Shown piece by piece: positions 14,184 to 26,440 of a stretch of 64,000 nt of DNA. Positions within the stretch are counted from its first letter, which is position 1. Each line of letters starts with the position of its first letter. A model generated the notes under the pieces. It was not told the DNA's origin and searched no databases. It saw nothing but the letters and a program-made list of their open reading frames with translations. The DNA is from Dimorphilus gyrociliatus (lineage: Eukaryota > Animalia > Annelida), in the NCBI GenBank assembly GCA_904063045.1, contig CAJFCJ010000053.1, forward strand, positions 1-64,000, in the 5' to 3' direction. The position numbers were made by a program, and so were the translations under genes.

Positions 14184-14639
14184 AACTGAAGGAAAACTTT
14201 TCATTTTTTAAGCTTGTAATACTGAAAAGTGTTGATATTTCTATTTTTGCTTACTTAGCCATTTTTTCGGTCAATTATGAAAGCAAGTCAAGATATATAC
14301 ATATATCATAATGTTTATTGAGCTCTGTTCAAAAAGCTCTTTTCCTCTAACTTTTGCTTAACATTGAAACTAATTTATTTACTTTTTGATTTTTGAAACA
14401 AACATTTAAATATACAACAATACATATAGATTTTTTTTCTTGAACAGTAATTTGACAAAGCAATAATACAATATGGCAATTGTCACCTTTGTAATCAATA
14501 AAATCAACTAATTCAATTTTTTTTTTCACTCTTTTAATAACAAAAGATTTTATATCTTGAAAAAATCTGCCAAGAATCAGTTGACAGTAACTTTTGACCA
14601 AGGACAGTCCAGTCTTCAAAATATTTTAATTTTACCATT

Positions 14640-14900
14640 TTATCAGCTCCTCTAACTTCAAAATCTAAAGTTGTTAGGGAAAAACAGTCCGGAATGTAGT
14701 CAGTGCAATGTAGACATTTTGCTTGACTTGGATCCACACAGATTGAGTATTGACAATTTTTCAGTTTAACAGTAAAAAGTAATCCTGGGGGACATTGTTG
14801 AGGGAATGGATTTCCATTTATGCAGGGTTAGTATCAGGGAATTGATGGGTTGTAGATCATTATTGAGTGGACATTGAAATTGATTTCCATAAAGAAGTGG
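14640..14900 (-). pseudogene. Frameshifted chitin-binding (peritrophin-A-like) domain remnant
   Basis: CINGNPFPQQCPPGLLF followed, after a frameshift, by NCQY. Confidence 0.35.
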
Positions 14901-15525
14901 AATTATCATTGCTAATGGAATAATGTAAAGAATGATGAACGAGTTAAAAAAAAGTAAAAATTTTAACTCACCTAATATAAATGCTGTTGACAAAGCCTTC
15001 ATTTTCAACTCTGTGCCAAAATCATAGCTGTTATTGTTATATATATAATGCGAAACTTATCTATTGGACTTTTGATAAAAGTTATCAGTGTAACGTTATG
15101 AATTTCAATATATAACAAATAATCACTAACTTTTCAAAAGTAATCAGATTACTAATTATTTATGATTATTTTGAATAGAATATATTTCTTTAAATCCACA
15201 AAAAATTATCATTTAAAGTATGAGAAGTGATTGTTGTAAGATTATAGAAACTGTTACCATTTTAAATGTCATCAAAGATTTTTGGAAAGGAAATTGATGT
15301 TTATCATTTCAAGATATGCTTGGGTCATTATTTATATTATAATATTAATCAATGATTTCCTTTGATTTATTCAATGAAGAGAATTAATTTATTAAACAAC
15401 TCTATTGGTATGAATAAGAAGAAATGTTAATAGACTTCTGACATTTTAAATTTTCATTGGGAATATATTAATTTTAATTATATTTTATAATAACCTCATT
15501 CTTTACAACTGTGCAAAGGAAAAAT

Positions 15526-16450
15526 GTTTGTCCAGCTCAGTGTATTGGTTGTTTTCTTCTTTCTACTTTTAGCCAAGAACGCAGCTAATGACCTCAATAG
15601 TAATATTTCTGCCCAATTCATCTCCTCTACAATCTATTGTACTATTTTATGATTTCAGCTTGCTCCTATTCCAGTATTGAAGACAAGTCCTTCAGTGGTG
15701 ATACCTTGATTAAGGTATTATATGATCAGCAGAGTGTTAATTTGTGTAAATGGACATGTGACTTTTTGAAGGAATGCAAGTTAGTTTCAATTTAACGAAA
15801 AGAAATACTGATAATTTTAAAAATCTACTGATTAACATAAATTGATTTTTAGATCTTTTATTCATATTCAAAGTTCAAAAACTTGCAATATTAAATTGAA
15901 GTCAAAGCTTGAAATTGGGACTTTACAATCGGCTGCTGGAGAAGTTTACTTTGAAAAAAATACTTCATGCAGTTTGTTATTTATCTTTATCAGAAAAATG
16001 AAAAGAAATAATTCACTCTTTATCAATAATTGCAGCTCCGCAAAATATAGCAGGTACAACAATTATGACTATAACATGTGAAGTAATCAAATTTAGCCTA
16101 TATATATATATATACCACTCATACTCTTTACAGAGAATATGATGGAAGTAAAGCAGGGTTATTTTTTTGGTAATCAACAGGATTTTATCAAGTTGGCATC
16201 TATTCCTGGTCAGCTGAATCTAGAATATTGTAAGATATTGTGTCAAATTCTCCCACAATGCATGTCAGTATTTTCACAATAGCAATTCTGTGTTTTTTTT
16301 TATTTGCAGTTGTAAATCATTTTTCTTTTCAGAGGTGCTGATGTCTTTACAGATACACCAAGATGTTATTTAAAGAGCAAGCATGCTGTTAATGATATAT
16401 CATTTACAAGTGTTGCTAATAATTACTATGCCATTGTAAAAACACCAAGT
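15526..16450 (+). CDS. Multi-exon PAN/apple-domain protein (boundaries approximate)
   Basis: Exonic reads NLCKWTCDFLKECK, YCKILCQILPQC and TPRCYLKSKHA separated by short GT-AG intron-like gaps. Confidence 0.5.
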
Positions 16451-16974
16451 AAGTATTTGTTTTTAATGTCAGCATGAATTGATCAATCCGTACCATTATT
16501 CATTAACTTCTCATTCAAACACTATGTCAATTAAGAATAACACCAGCTTTTATACTAAATATTTCACGAAAGTCATACATCCTTTACTAGCAAATTTTTC
16601 TCCATTTTTTTTACAATTACATTAGATTGTAGGCTTTTTAAAGATAAATTGACATTTTTATGATGTAAGTCAACATGAATAGGATTGGGGAATATATATT
16701 AATTAGTTGCAATTGACTAGAAGACTTCTACATGGAGAGTGCAATGTAGTACAACAAAACTTTAACATGAGAGATTTCTTTACAAAGATCCTCTGAACTA
16801 AGGGATTTATTGAATCTGTATATGAAACTAGAACAGTTGAGTATAAAATTTGACATGTTGAAGTATAAATTGCTGCCTGCCTGATCATACTTAAGGTTCA
16901 TCTTTAAGTGCCACTTAAGGTTTGGCCAAGTTGTGATTGATGAGCTTGTTTAGGGTTCAGCCAAATATGATTAA

Positions 16975-19135
16975 TAGGTTAGGTTAGGTCTTGGGGTTAG
17001 GGATTAGCACAATCAGTACAGACTGGTAATCCCAAAAGTGCACACACACTTGTAACCAAGATTTGGCTAAGGGTTGGTTTGGCTAATGAGGAGTTGCTAT
17101 CTTAAGTAGCAATTCCCCAGCCTAAGCTGTAACTATCTTCAACAAAATCACTTACAAATTCTCCACAAGGGTGAAGAGAACCTTTATTTAGCAACTGTAA
17201 CAATTCACCAATTAAAAAATACTCACAATATTTCAGACGTATTCCTCCTTTATCAAGTGAGAGGGGAAAAGTGGCTGGTTAGATTACCACCAGACTGATC
17301 TCTGAGAGGCTTACTATATCTTAGGATAGGTACTGGTTCAATCCCACACTTTTTTCGCTACAAATCACATACTTGGTAGTCAGTAAAGCAAGTCGACCAC
17401 TGACGAAAGTTGAAATTTCAACTTGCTCCAATTGTTATGAAATTTTACACAGTGCTAGGGTACCTTAGGGTACTATGTAGCATAAGGTCTGTAGACCCAT
17501 GTTAAACTTTCAACCCCTTATATATATCAGACACACTTGTTCCTGTATGTAAGGAATGCACTGAGAGATGATTGAAGGTAGAGGTTATGGTTACATTAGA
17601 CTGCTCATGTATGATTGTCAATGGGTTGTCTTTGTGTTGATTGGGAAACCAGAAGGGACCTTTTGTTGGGGAACTTTTGTTCACTGCCAACTGTCAACCA
17701 TCTGTTCTCTCATAGAGAGGTGTCTCCCCACAAATTACCCCATTTTTTATTTTAACAATTGTTCAGAACAGGTCCCATGTATATCCAGTCTGTACCTTTG
17801 TCTCTGCTAAGGTATGTGTTGGTTCCATTATCTTAGGTTAGGGTTAGTTGTAAAGTTTCACTAATTTGTATCTTTTTAGGGGGCTATAGCTTAGGGTTAG
17901 GATATAAGAACCAGATGTGGTGTTTTTGTTGGGGAACTGTTTGTTCACTGCCAACTACCACAACCTGTTTCCCATTAAAGAGGTGTTCAATCCCTACTCA
18001 GCCAATAACTAGCCCTATTAATTTTCATTCACTGTCAATTTCTCTCTGTATCTCCAATAGGAGATTAATACCTGCAAAACTACTATCCTGATCATCCCCC
18101 ACCCAGCTATTGGCCATGGTGAGAATTGTGTCATTGCTGTTGTCCAGGCTCTCTATGTTATTCACAATAGAGAATTTGTTTTGTGGTTTATTGAAGACTG
18201 TTTTAATATGCCACCATGGGGATGGCCAACATTCTAATAGATTCAGAGTGTTGGTATTATCCTCTTGAGGTGGACCTTCAGTTCTTCCCTTTACTATAAG
18301 GCTACCCAATGATCTCCCCAGTTTCAAGGCAATAATAGGCCTAATCACCTTCAGTGGACTGTCATCATTAAGAGCACTCCAGTGGTGCTTAAGTATTCTA
18401 TTTAGTTTATACCAAGGACTTGGATGGTAGACCACTAGTGGTACTATAGTAGTACTGTAGCAACCATGATCCTCATTTAAGCCATAAGGAGTAACTGTAT
18501 TAGCCTCTTTGATGTACCTTGCTTCTAAAGTCTGTAGGGTCTTCTCTCTGTTAGGATCTTCCTCAGGAATGGAATCACAGACCCAATAAGTCATCTGATC
18601 TATTCCATGTTTTCAAAAATGATCAGAGACCAATTTATTGGATCCATTCCTCACATCCCCTTTGTGGTTGTTGATTCTATCCCTTAGAGTTCTAGTGGTA
18701 AGACCCACATACTGTATTTCACATAGGGTACATTGGATAATGTAAATTATCCAACTAGAGGTACAGTCAAAGTCTCCCTTGACTCTGAACCATTGGTTAC
18801 TGCCAGTTGATTGCCAAGTGTTAGTTTTCCTAACCTTCAGACACACTAGGCATCTCCTACCACTGCATGGTTTCATACCTTCAAACTCTTGCTTCTCAAT
18901 TTCAATCCTCTTAGTAGCTTTTAGCCATGCCTCTTTGAACATTGATTTGGTATAGCCCATATCTTTGTTTAAATTCCTAAGATCATTGAGTTGTCCCTTT
19001 GCTGTATCAATTTTTGAGCAATTTCTGAGATACCTAAGAGCTTGTGCAAATAAAATTCCTTTAATGGTGTTTTTGGGATGTGCAGACTTGGGGTTAAGTA
19101 GTCTTCTACTGTCTGTAGGTTGAAATTGATCTTTA
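16975..19135 (-). mobile_element. 5'-truncated GIY-YIG Penelope-like element, inactive copy
   Basis: Reverse complement of 42650-44312 plus 45238-45718. The ORF is broken by CGA>TGA at 18613-18615. The 3' end is CCCTAACCCCAAGACCTAACC. Confidence 0.9.
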
Positions 19136-19649
19136 AAGCGTAACCATGGATATATTCCAGTTGTTAATTAATGTTGTAATATGAAATGGTGATTACTCAT
19201 TGGAACATTTTCCAACTGTAGCAGTAAAAATTCCACTCTTTTTAACGGCTGCTACACAAAAAATATGAATAGGGGTAATTGTATGTTTATTAAACTTGTG
19301 ATAATGAAATCTATGTTATACTGAATGACACATCACCTAATGAATTATAGGGAAAAACTGGTGTTAGTCTATACTACCTGGAAAAAACCAGTCTAATCCA
19401 ATCCAATAATTGTTTTTTCAAATTACAGAATAATAGAATAATTCTTATGAACTGTTTTATAATTAAAGCTGAGGTCATGTTTAATTATTCAAAAAACAAG
19501 AATAATTAATATAAAAATGACATAATTGTTTAAATATTTGTGTTTTCAATTGTTAGGTAAAAAGTTTTAAAGTTGGAAAATTGAAAAATTGATGAGTTTT
19601 TTTTTCCTTTGGCATTTAGCTACTGCTGAACAGTTTGTAGAGTGTCAAT

Positions 19650-20642
19650 ATGAATTTCTATAGAAATTTTTTTAATTTAATTTTTTGTATTAAAGTTTCC
19701 AGTTTTTCACCAATTCAAGATTATATTTCATGTCAGGAAGCATTGACAAAAACTGAACAAGATGGATCCTACTCAATAAAACCAAGATTAAATGGGCAAA
19801 CAGCCAATGTTGTATGCAATAGAATAAATTCAACACATGGTATTGCAATGTTGAGCAACAGTAGAGAAATTGAAAAGGTATTATCAAAAACATATGAAAC
19901 TAAATTTCACATTGATAGAATTACCTATGGAAATTTTAATGATGATGATATCAAAGAATTTAAGAAGGGAATGCTAAGTTGTTCTCAAAGAATTTCCTAC
20001 AAGAATCGAGGAGCTAGTCTAATATGGCAAAAACTTTTATTTTATGATGGAACATTCTTTTCAAGCTTGAATGATGGTCAAGATGGAATATGCAAATGCT
20101 TCGTTCGAACTGTATGTGATAATAATGGTGATCCTCAATCAATTTGTACAATGACTGGAGTGAATGGGGGTAGTGAACAAACTGAGGAAGGAGAATTTAG
20201 CGTTAAAGAAGATAGCTTGCCACTAATTGAGATTCACACTGCTGATGTAGGAAATACTAATGAGGCAGTACGTTACACTTTAGAAAAATTTAAATGTACT
20301 TTTCAATTTATGACCTTTAACCTCTTTACAACTAAAAATACAACTTGCCTAAAATCTGACCAGTTGACAGCATTAAACGACAAAAATATTGCAACTTGTA
20401 TTTCAATTCCAATTGAGAATACTATTCAATTGGACAGTAATACAGAATTTGAATTTGGAGAAATTCTAACAAAATTAACATTCTCCTGCAAATCTTATAT
20501 TGAAATATTCATACAAAAAGAAACTGATAAAAAACTTATTTGTTCAATATTTGCAAACTGCAAATTTGAATGTCCAGCAACTCAATCTATACATTTTAGA
20601 ATGTTTAAATCAATGGAAATTTGTGATATTCTTTTATATTAA
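19650..20642 (+). CDS. Secreted protein with a CASPR/neurexin-IV-type fibrinogen-like domain
   Basis: SCQEAL...DGSYSIKP...VVCN, SCSQRISY, CKCFVRTVCD...LPLIEIHTADVG...YTLEKFKC. Confidence 0.6.
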   Translation: MNFYRNFFNLIFCIKVSSFSPIQDYISCQEALTKTEQDGSYSIKPRLNGQTANVVCNRINSTHGIAMLSNSREIEKVLSKTYETKFHIDRITYGNFNDDDIKEFKKGMLSCSQRISYKNRGASLIWQKLLFYDGTFFSSLNDGQDGICKCFVRTVCDNNGDPQSICTMTGVNGGSEQTEEGEFSVKEDSLPLIEIHTADVGNTNEAVRYTLEKFKCTFQFMTFNLFTTKNTTCLKSDQLTALNDKNIATCISIPIENTIQLDSNTEFEFGEILTKLTFSCKSYIEIFIQKETDKKLICSIFANCKFECPATQSIHFRMFKSMEICDILLY

Positions 20643-20940
20643 TGAAATATTACTTATCATCTTTATTTAGCTACAAAGCCTTTTTCATTAGCATAATATG
20701 TGTTATTCTTGGCATATACAATGTTTAAAAACACTTTTAAAAATATCCTCTAGAGGGCTATAACAGTTCACTAAAAATTGAACATTTCTGATGATATTTC
20801 TGATTTCAATGTCTGTAAATCATTTTCTCTTAAATAAATCAAAAAATAAATTCATAAAATTCCAATAAACTCAGCCTCTTATGACTCATCTATTGTGATT
20901 AGAAAATAGTGTCTATTTCTAAAATGCCAGCATATGTTTT

Positions 20941-22651
20941 TTACTTCTGATTAGGTTTTTGTAATGTTGAACTAGATACTAAGATCTAAGTTCTGATGAA
21001 AGTTGAATAACTTCCACCAAAGTTTCAAGAGATTCCACAATGGTATGGAATGCAAGAGTAAGAACACTCTGTACAAGCAAGACTATCTACAACTGATTGA
21101 TGAAAAATGTGTGTTGAGTTTATGTTTTAATTGTTTGATGGTTACTAAGCATAGTTGACCTACCATGATTTCGTCTTCCCCTTTGCAAAGACTCGTCAGG
21201 GTCATTTTTAGAAGATAGCTTCACTTACTGCTACCTTTGAAGGGGAGGCTAGGATCATTTCTGCAATTGTGTCCTGCCTTGCATTTTATTTTAGTGGGAT
21301 GATTGTGTTTTAGAGTTTACATGTTTGTAATTTTTATTTTCAAACAGATTTTTTTCATTGTACAATGTTTGAGTTATGTAGACTGTAAAAAGTATATTTA
21401 TATTTGTCTGATAAGTCTCATTGCAACAATGAAGAAATGCCTATGTTTAATGAATTAATTGTGAAAGTATATGGTTTTTACTTGACAGAGAAACAACAAT
21501 TACTTCAAAGAAACACTATTGTACCTTTCTTTGAACAGATAAATTATAGGAATGTATAACTCACTTTGGTTTTCTTACACCTTTTGTTCTGAAAATTTCT
21601 TCCTAATGCAGCCTGTAGAAGGTTTTTGGGTTATTTTTGTCTTTGTTTTGTTGTTTTTTGAGGCTGATTTCTTTTTATGATAGGATTTTTTTTCAACTGA
21701 TGATATGTGGCTTGTTGTTGAGTTTTTATAGGTGGTGGTTATGTAATTGACATATGTCAAGATATTGCATTTTTTCTTGAAGGGCATGTTTTACTATGTA
21801 AGTCCTTCCTGGGATATGTCTGTTGACCATCTGTTGCTTCTATATGGGAAAGTAAATACAAGGGATTTATGATGGACCTACAAATTTAATGAAGTATAAT
21901 AAATGTATATTTTTTGGTCTAAACAAACACAACATCAAAATGGACTAATATAATGTTTGTTTTCTAAAATTGCTTTTTTCTTCTTATGCTTGATAAAAAT
22001 ATTCATTTGAAATATAAACATGCAAAGAATTAATAATTTTGATGGTTGAAAGTAACACTTCTGATTAATTTTACTGTTGATTTGAAGCTTGGAGAATTGG
22101 TCTGTTTATTTTCTTTTTTCTTCCAGTTCTACTTTGTTGTTGTTGAAAGACTTCTTTACACTTGACCATAATTTCATTTGTAATCAAGTGTTGAACAATA
22201 TTTCTCAAAGAAGATATCTTTCCAGGCAGAACAGTACCATGAAAAGGATCTCCTCTTATGATGGTATTAATATCAATAATTTTTGTAAACATGTTGTTCA
22301 AGTTTTCAGATTGTGAGGTTGGTTGTTGATGGAGATCACTTTTTTTGATGTTATATTGCATAAATAATAAGCATTCATTAGTAACTCCAGTGCTTTTATA
22401 CAAAGCTTTAAAATTATCGTCAGCATCATTAATGGTGTTAAAGGGAATGTGAAGTGCTGTTATATCACTTTTTATTTTCCATTTGGATATAATTTCTTTA
22501 CAATTTTGAACAGTTAAGCCAGAAATGTTTATAATGAGAACAGTTCCAAAATAGCTGATGTTTTTTTTAACATCTTCTACCTGAAGTAAATATAAGTCAC
22601 CCAAACTTTCATCACTTAAAAGAAGTAAATTAATTTTGTTGGGAAATCACA
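20941..22651 (-). mobile_element. HHR family-1 element, copy A (SGNH-like ORF, 3' region, HHR, tail); runs into the gap
   Basis: ORF 22071-22604 is homologous to 35936-36570 and 48230-48457. Downstream blocks, the HHR and the tail are shared with 36940-37395 and 48700-49790. Confidence 0.8.
21156..21204 (-). ncRNA. Hammerhead ribozyme, minimal type I, family 1
   Basis: Minus strand reads UGACC-CUGACGA-GUCUU..AAGAC-GAAA-UC-AU-GG-UA-GGUCA. Confidence 0.85.
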
Positions 22652-23307
22652 NNNNNNNNNNNNNNNNNNNNNNNNNNNNNNNNNNNNNNNNNNNNNNNNN
22701 NNNNNNNNNNNNNNNNNNNNNNNNNNNNNNNNNNNNNNNNNNNNNNNNNNNNNNNNNNNNNNNNNNNNNNNNNNNNNNNNNNNNNNNNNNNNNNNNNNNN
22801 NNNNNNNNNNNNNNNNNNNNNNNNNNNNNNNNNNNNNNNNNNNNNNNNNNNNNNNNNNNNNNNNNNNNNNNNNNNNNNNNNNNNNNNNNNNNNNNNNNNN
22901 NNNNNNNNNNNNNNNNNNNNNNNNNNNNNNNNNNNNNNNNNNNNNNNNNNNNNNNNNNNNNNNNNNNNNNNNNNNNNNNNNNNNNNNNNNNNNNNNNNNN
23001 NNNNNNNNNNNNNNNNNNNNNNNNNNNNNNNNNNNNNNNNNNNNNNNNNNNNNNNNNNNNNNNNNNNNNNNNNNNNNNNNNNNNNNNNNNNNNNNNNNNN
23101 NNNNNNNNNNNNNNNNNNNNNNNNNNNNNNNNNNNNNNNNNNNNNNNNNNNNNNNNNNNNNNNNNNNNNNNNNNNNNNNNNNNNNNNNNNNNNNNNNNNN
23201 NNNNNNNNNNNNNNNNNNNNNNNNNNNNNNNNNNNNNNNNNNNNNNNNNNNNNNNNNNNNNNNNNNNNNNNNNNNNNNNNNNNNNNNNNNNNNNNNNNNN
23301 NNNNNNN
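22652..23307. other. Assembly gap (656 N)
   Basis: Run of N. Confidence 1.
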
Positions 23308-23600
23308 TAATGGTATGTAGATATGTCATTGAACAGGAAAGTGTGTTATAATATATTTTGAATGTTTTATTCACATGGTTCATATTAGTTTGAAGAATAA
23401 GGAGTCAAAATCACATTTAAAATACCCAGTTAAATGAACATCCCCTACAATTGCTGATGATTTTAAAATTTTTATGTACAAATTCTGATATACAGTATCA
23501 TAATACATAGCACTTTCAATATGATATATATTAAAAAAAAACCTGAAGAAGTGAATTCCCTATTGGAATCCTTCAACATCTCTGTAGGTGTAGGTTAATA

Positions 23601-23657
23601 GACCCTGATGAGTCCTTGGTCATAAAAATAGAGAGGAGGACGAAACCGTGGTAGGTC
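23601..23657 (+). ncRNA. Hammerhead ribozyme, type I, family 2
   Basis: GACC-CUGAUGA-GUCCU..AGGAC-GAAA-CC-GU-GG-UA-GGUC. Confidence 0.9.
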
Positions 23658-24735
23658 AAGTAGGTAGGAAAAAAATTTAAGAAAAAAATTTTTGAAAATT
23701 TTTTGAAAAAATTTTTTCTGTTGGAAATTGTTTTAAAATGGATTTTGGTGTGTTTTTTCTTTGACTACTTCCCAAAATCAACTGGGACTCTTGAAATGTG
23801 AGAATCTGTTTCTCTTTTTTGATTTAATCAAAAAAAAAACCTTTCCAAACCCCAACAAGTAAAGAGAATGTGGGATGAGAGGAGCAAATACATAAGCCTT
23901 AATCAATGACTAAAAACAAAACTTTTTCCATGAGATTGACTTTTTTCATTCAAAATTAAATTTTTGACTTTAGCTTTCAAAATTTTTTCTTTTTACTTTA
24001 AAAAGGGATAAAGATTCTTAAATATGTGACTGTGGTGTAATTAACATTTTTGGTATATTGTTTGAGTTTGTTGTTTGATAATGTCTTGCTTTAAAACCAA
24101 ATGATGAAATTCTTTAGAGTCAGTATACACTTATGGTGATTTTAAATTTCTGATGGTAGTAGTAATATATCTTTGTACATTTTTGATTACTTTTGTAAAA
24201 GCTTGTATAGTTTTGTACATTTTTGTATTTTTTAAAATATTGCTTAAAATAAGTTGTTGATGTTTTTATCATGGTGATTTTAAATTTTCTCATGTTTTAG
24301 CTTGAGTATGAGTTTTTGCTTGAGTATGAGTTTTAGCCTGAGTTTGAGTTTGTTTTTAGTTTGATTGTGAGTTTAAATTAAAATTTGAGTTTAATTTGTG
24401 TATTAAACTGGTTTTAATTTGATGTAAATATGGTTAGTAGTTTACAAATTTCTTTGTGATCTTTATAAATGTTTCTATATTCTTCCCAAATCTTTTACAA
24501 TTCTAAAATTATAAAAATCCCTATTAGTAGTATATATTTTTATTAGTTGAATATATAGTTTGTAGAGAACATTTTAAATATTCTCAGTAACTAACCTTTG
24601 TCTTAAGCTGAAATTTAAAAAAATACTTTACTTATCAATCTACTTCCAGTATAAACACCACCATATTTTACATTAAAACATCTCACCAATTTTAATATCA
24701 CTCACTTCAAAAACTCACATATATTCTCTTCGTTC

Positions 24736-25139
24736 TTTTCCAATCCATTCATTAGCCAAAACAATGAATCATAACTGGCTCAAATAAATGAATGTTGGAA
24801 AAGACTCTTTCAACTACCAATACCATAAATTGTAATCTTAATTCACTACATGGAATAATCCTTCCATTCCAGTAACAAACATAAATCATAAATCAATAAA
24901 GGAATTAGGAATTAAACCTCTCTATTCAGCATACAAAACACTCTTCCCAATCCATTCATTAGCCAAATCAAACAATCTGGAATTAACTAAATGAATGTTG
25001 GCAAGAAACTTTTACAAACAAAAACAGATTACCTAAGGCTTTCACACATTTACTTACAAATAATTTATTTAACCCACTTTCCAATCCATTCATTAGCCAG
25101 AACAACCTATCACTTGGCAAAGTAAATGAATGTTGGAAA
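24736..25139 (+). ncRNA. Three repeated ~62-68-nt hairpins (24736-24803, 24943-25005, 25078-25139)
   Basis: Each has a CCAATCCATTCATTAGCCA 5' arm and an AAATGAATGTTGG 3' arm around variable loops. Repeated at ~62620-63030. Confidence 0.55.
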
Positions 25140-25804
25140 ATATAATACAAGAAAAACAGTTTAGTCTTCAAACAATATTATTTAATAATTTTCAAATTAA
25201 CAATCCTCTAATCTTTAGCCATAAAATTAAATTAACCATACTTTCTCATAATACAACATATGTATCACACTTCATTCATTTACACTCACTTATTTATATA
25301 CTTTCAATTAATTAACCAATTCCTTACACATACTTAATTCATCAACTAGCCATAAATAATAATACAATTCATATTTATTTTTTTCACTTTTTCAATTTTG
25401 AATTTTTACTTTTATTTAAACTTTTATTGTTATTCCAATCCTGGTTGCTACTATTTACCCAACTTATTTTATTTTATTCTATATCACTTTTCTCATTTTT
25501 AGGTCTGCAATTTTTGTTTTTTCTGTCTTTGCTGTTTTCCAAACTGCCAGTATATATATCCCCTCAATTTACTGTTATTATTCCTTACACTTTGATTCAA
25601 GCCACAGATGCTTTCTTTAATAACTTGTTAATTTAAAAAGTGTTAAACTATTTTGGTTTCTTATTTTAATTTTTAATTATTTTTCAATTTAATTCCAAAA
25701 TTTACCTCACAAGAATCTTTATCAACAAACAAATAAATAAATCAAAAATCTGGAGAGAAACTTCTTATTAAGATTCTCAAACCTCTCTTTCATGCAGCTT
25801 AGTA

Positions 25805-25863
25805 GACCCTGAAGAGTCCCAGGTTTAAAAATTTAGTAGAAGGGGGACGAAACCAGGTAGGTC
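25805..25863 (+). ncRNA. Hammerhead ribozyme, type I, family 2 (CUGAAGA variant)
   Basis: GACC-CUGAAGA-GUCCC..GGGAC-GAAA-CC-A-GG-UA-GGUC. Confidence 0.8.
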
Positions 25864-26053
25864 AAGTAGGTAGGAAAAAAATTTAAGAAAAAATTTTTGA
25901 AAATTTTTTGAAAAAATTTTTTCTGTTGGAAATTGTTTTAAATGTCGATTTTGGTGTATTTTTTCTTTGACTGCTTCCCAAAATCAACTGGGACTCTTGA
26001 AATGTGAGAATCCTGTTTCTCTTTTTTGATTTAGTCAAAAAAAACCCTTTGCA

Positions 26054-26082
26054 AACCCTAACCCTAACCCTAACCCTAACCC
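26054..26082 (+). repeat. Interstitial telomeric repeat (TAACCC)n
   Basis: About 4.5 perfect units starting where other copies of the element read GCAAACCCC. Confidence 0.9.
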
Positions 26083-26440
26083 AGAACTTATACAAGCTCA
26101 AACTACATCTTCACACCAAAAATCAACTTAAAAAAGCTATTAGAAGTTGGAGTTTTTTTCTCTATATAATGATAGTATTTTTTTTTAAACGTTTTTAAAA
26201 AACAACAGCCAAACTAGAAACATTTTTAGGTCATTTTTTACAGATCTATAATCAGCAAACAAAACTGTATATTTCCATAACTTATGAACTCAAAATTTTT
26301 TTGGGGACCCCTGTAACCTAACCCTGTCAAAAAAAAACCTTTTCCAAACCCTAAATTTTTTGACACTTTTTGTAAGTGGAATACATGCAGTTTTAATGTT
26401 GTGGCATGTTGTTATATGTTAAATGATTAAATGAAGATAA

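Larger units (their letters stand above)
23308..26055 (+). repeat. ~2.75-kb HHR-bracketed non-coding unit, copy 1 (direct repeat of 61181-63964)
   Basis: Colinear similarity along the whole length with scattered substitutions and indels. Each copy has two HHRs followed by the same ~200-bp segment. Confidence 0.9.

Noticed and set aside
22616-23383. Long ORFs of 224-255 aa in the ORF track
   Set aside because: Artefacts of the N gap.
24983-25171. Minus-strand ORF with repeated LFWLMNGLE as a repeat protein
   Set aside because: The frame is broken by stops between units; the conservation is better explained by hairpin arms.
23308-26055. Duplication with 61181-63964 as a pure assembly artefact
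   Set aside because: The copies differ by many substitutions and indels and have different right flanks. An uncollapsed haplotype cannot be fully excluded because copy 1 abuts a gap.
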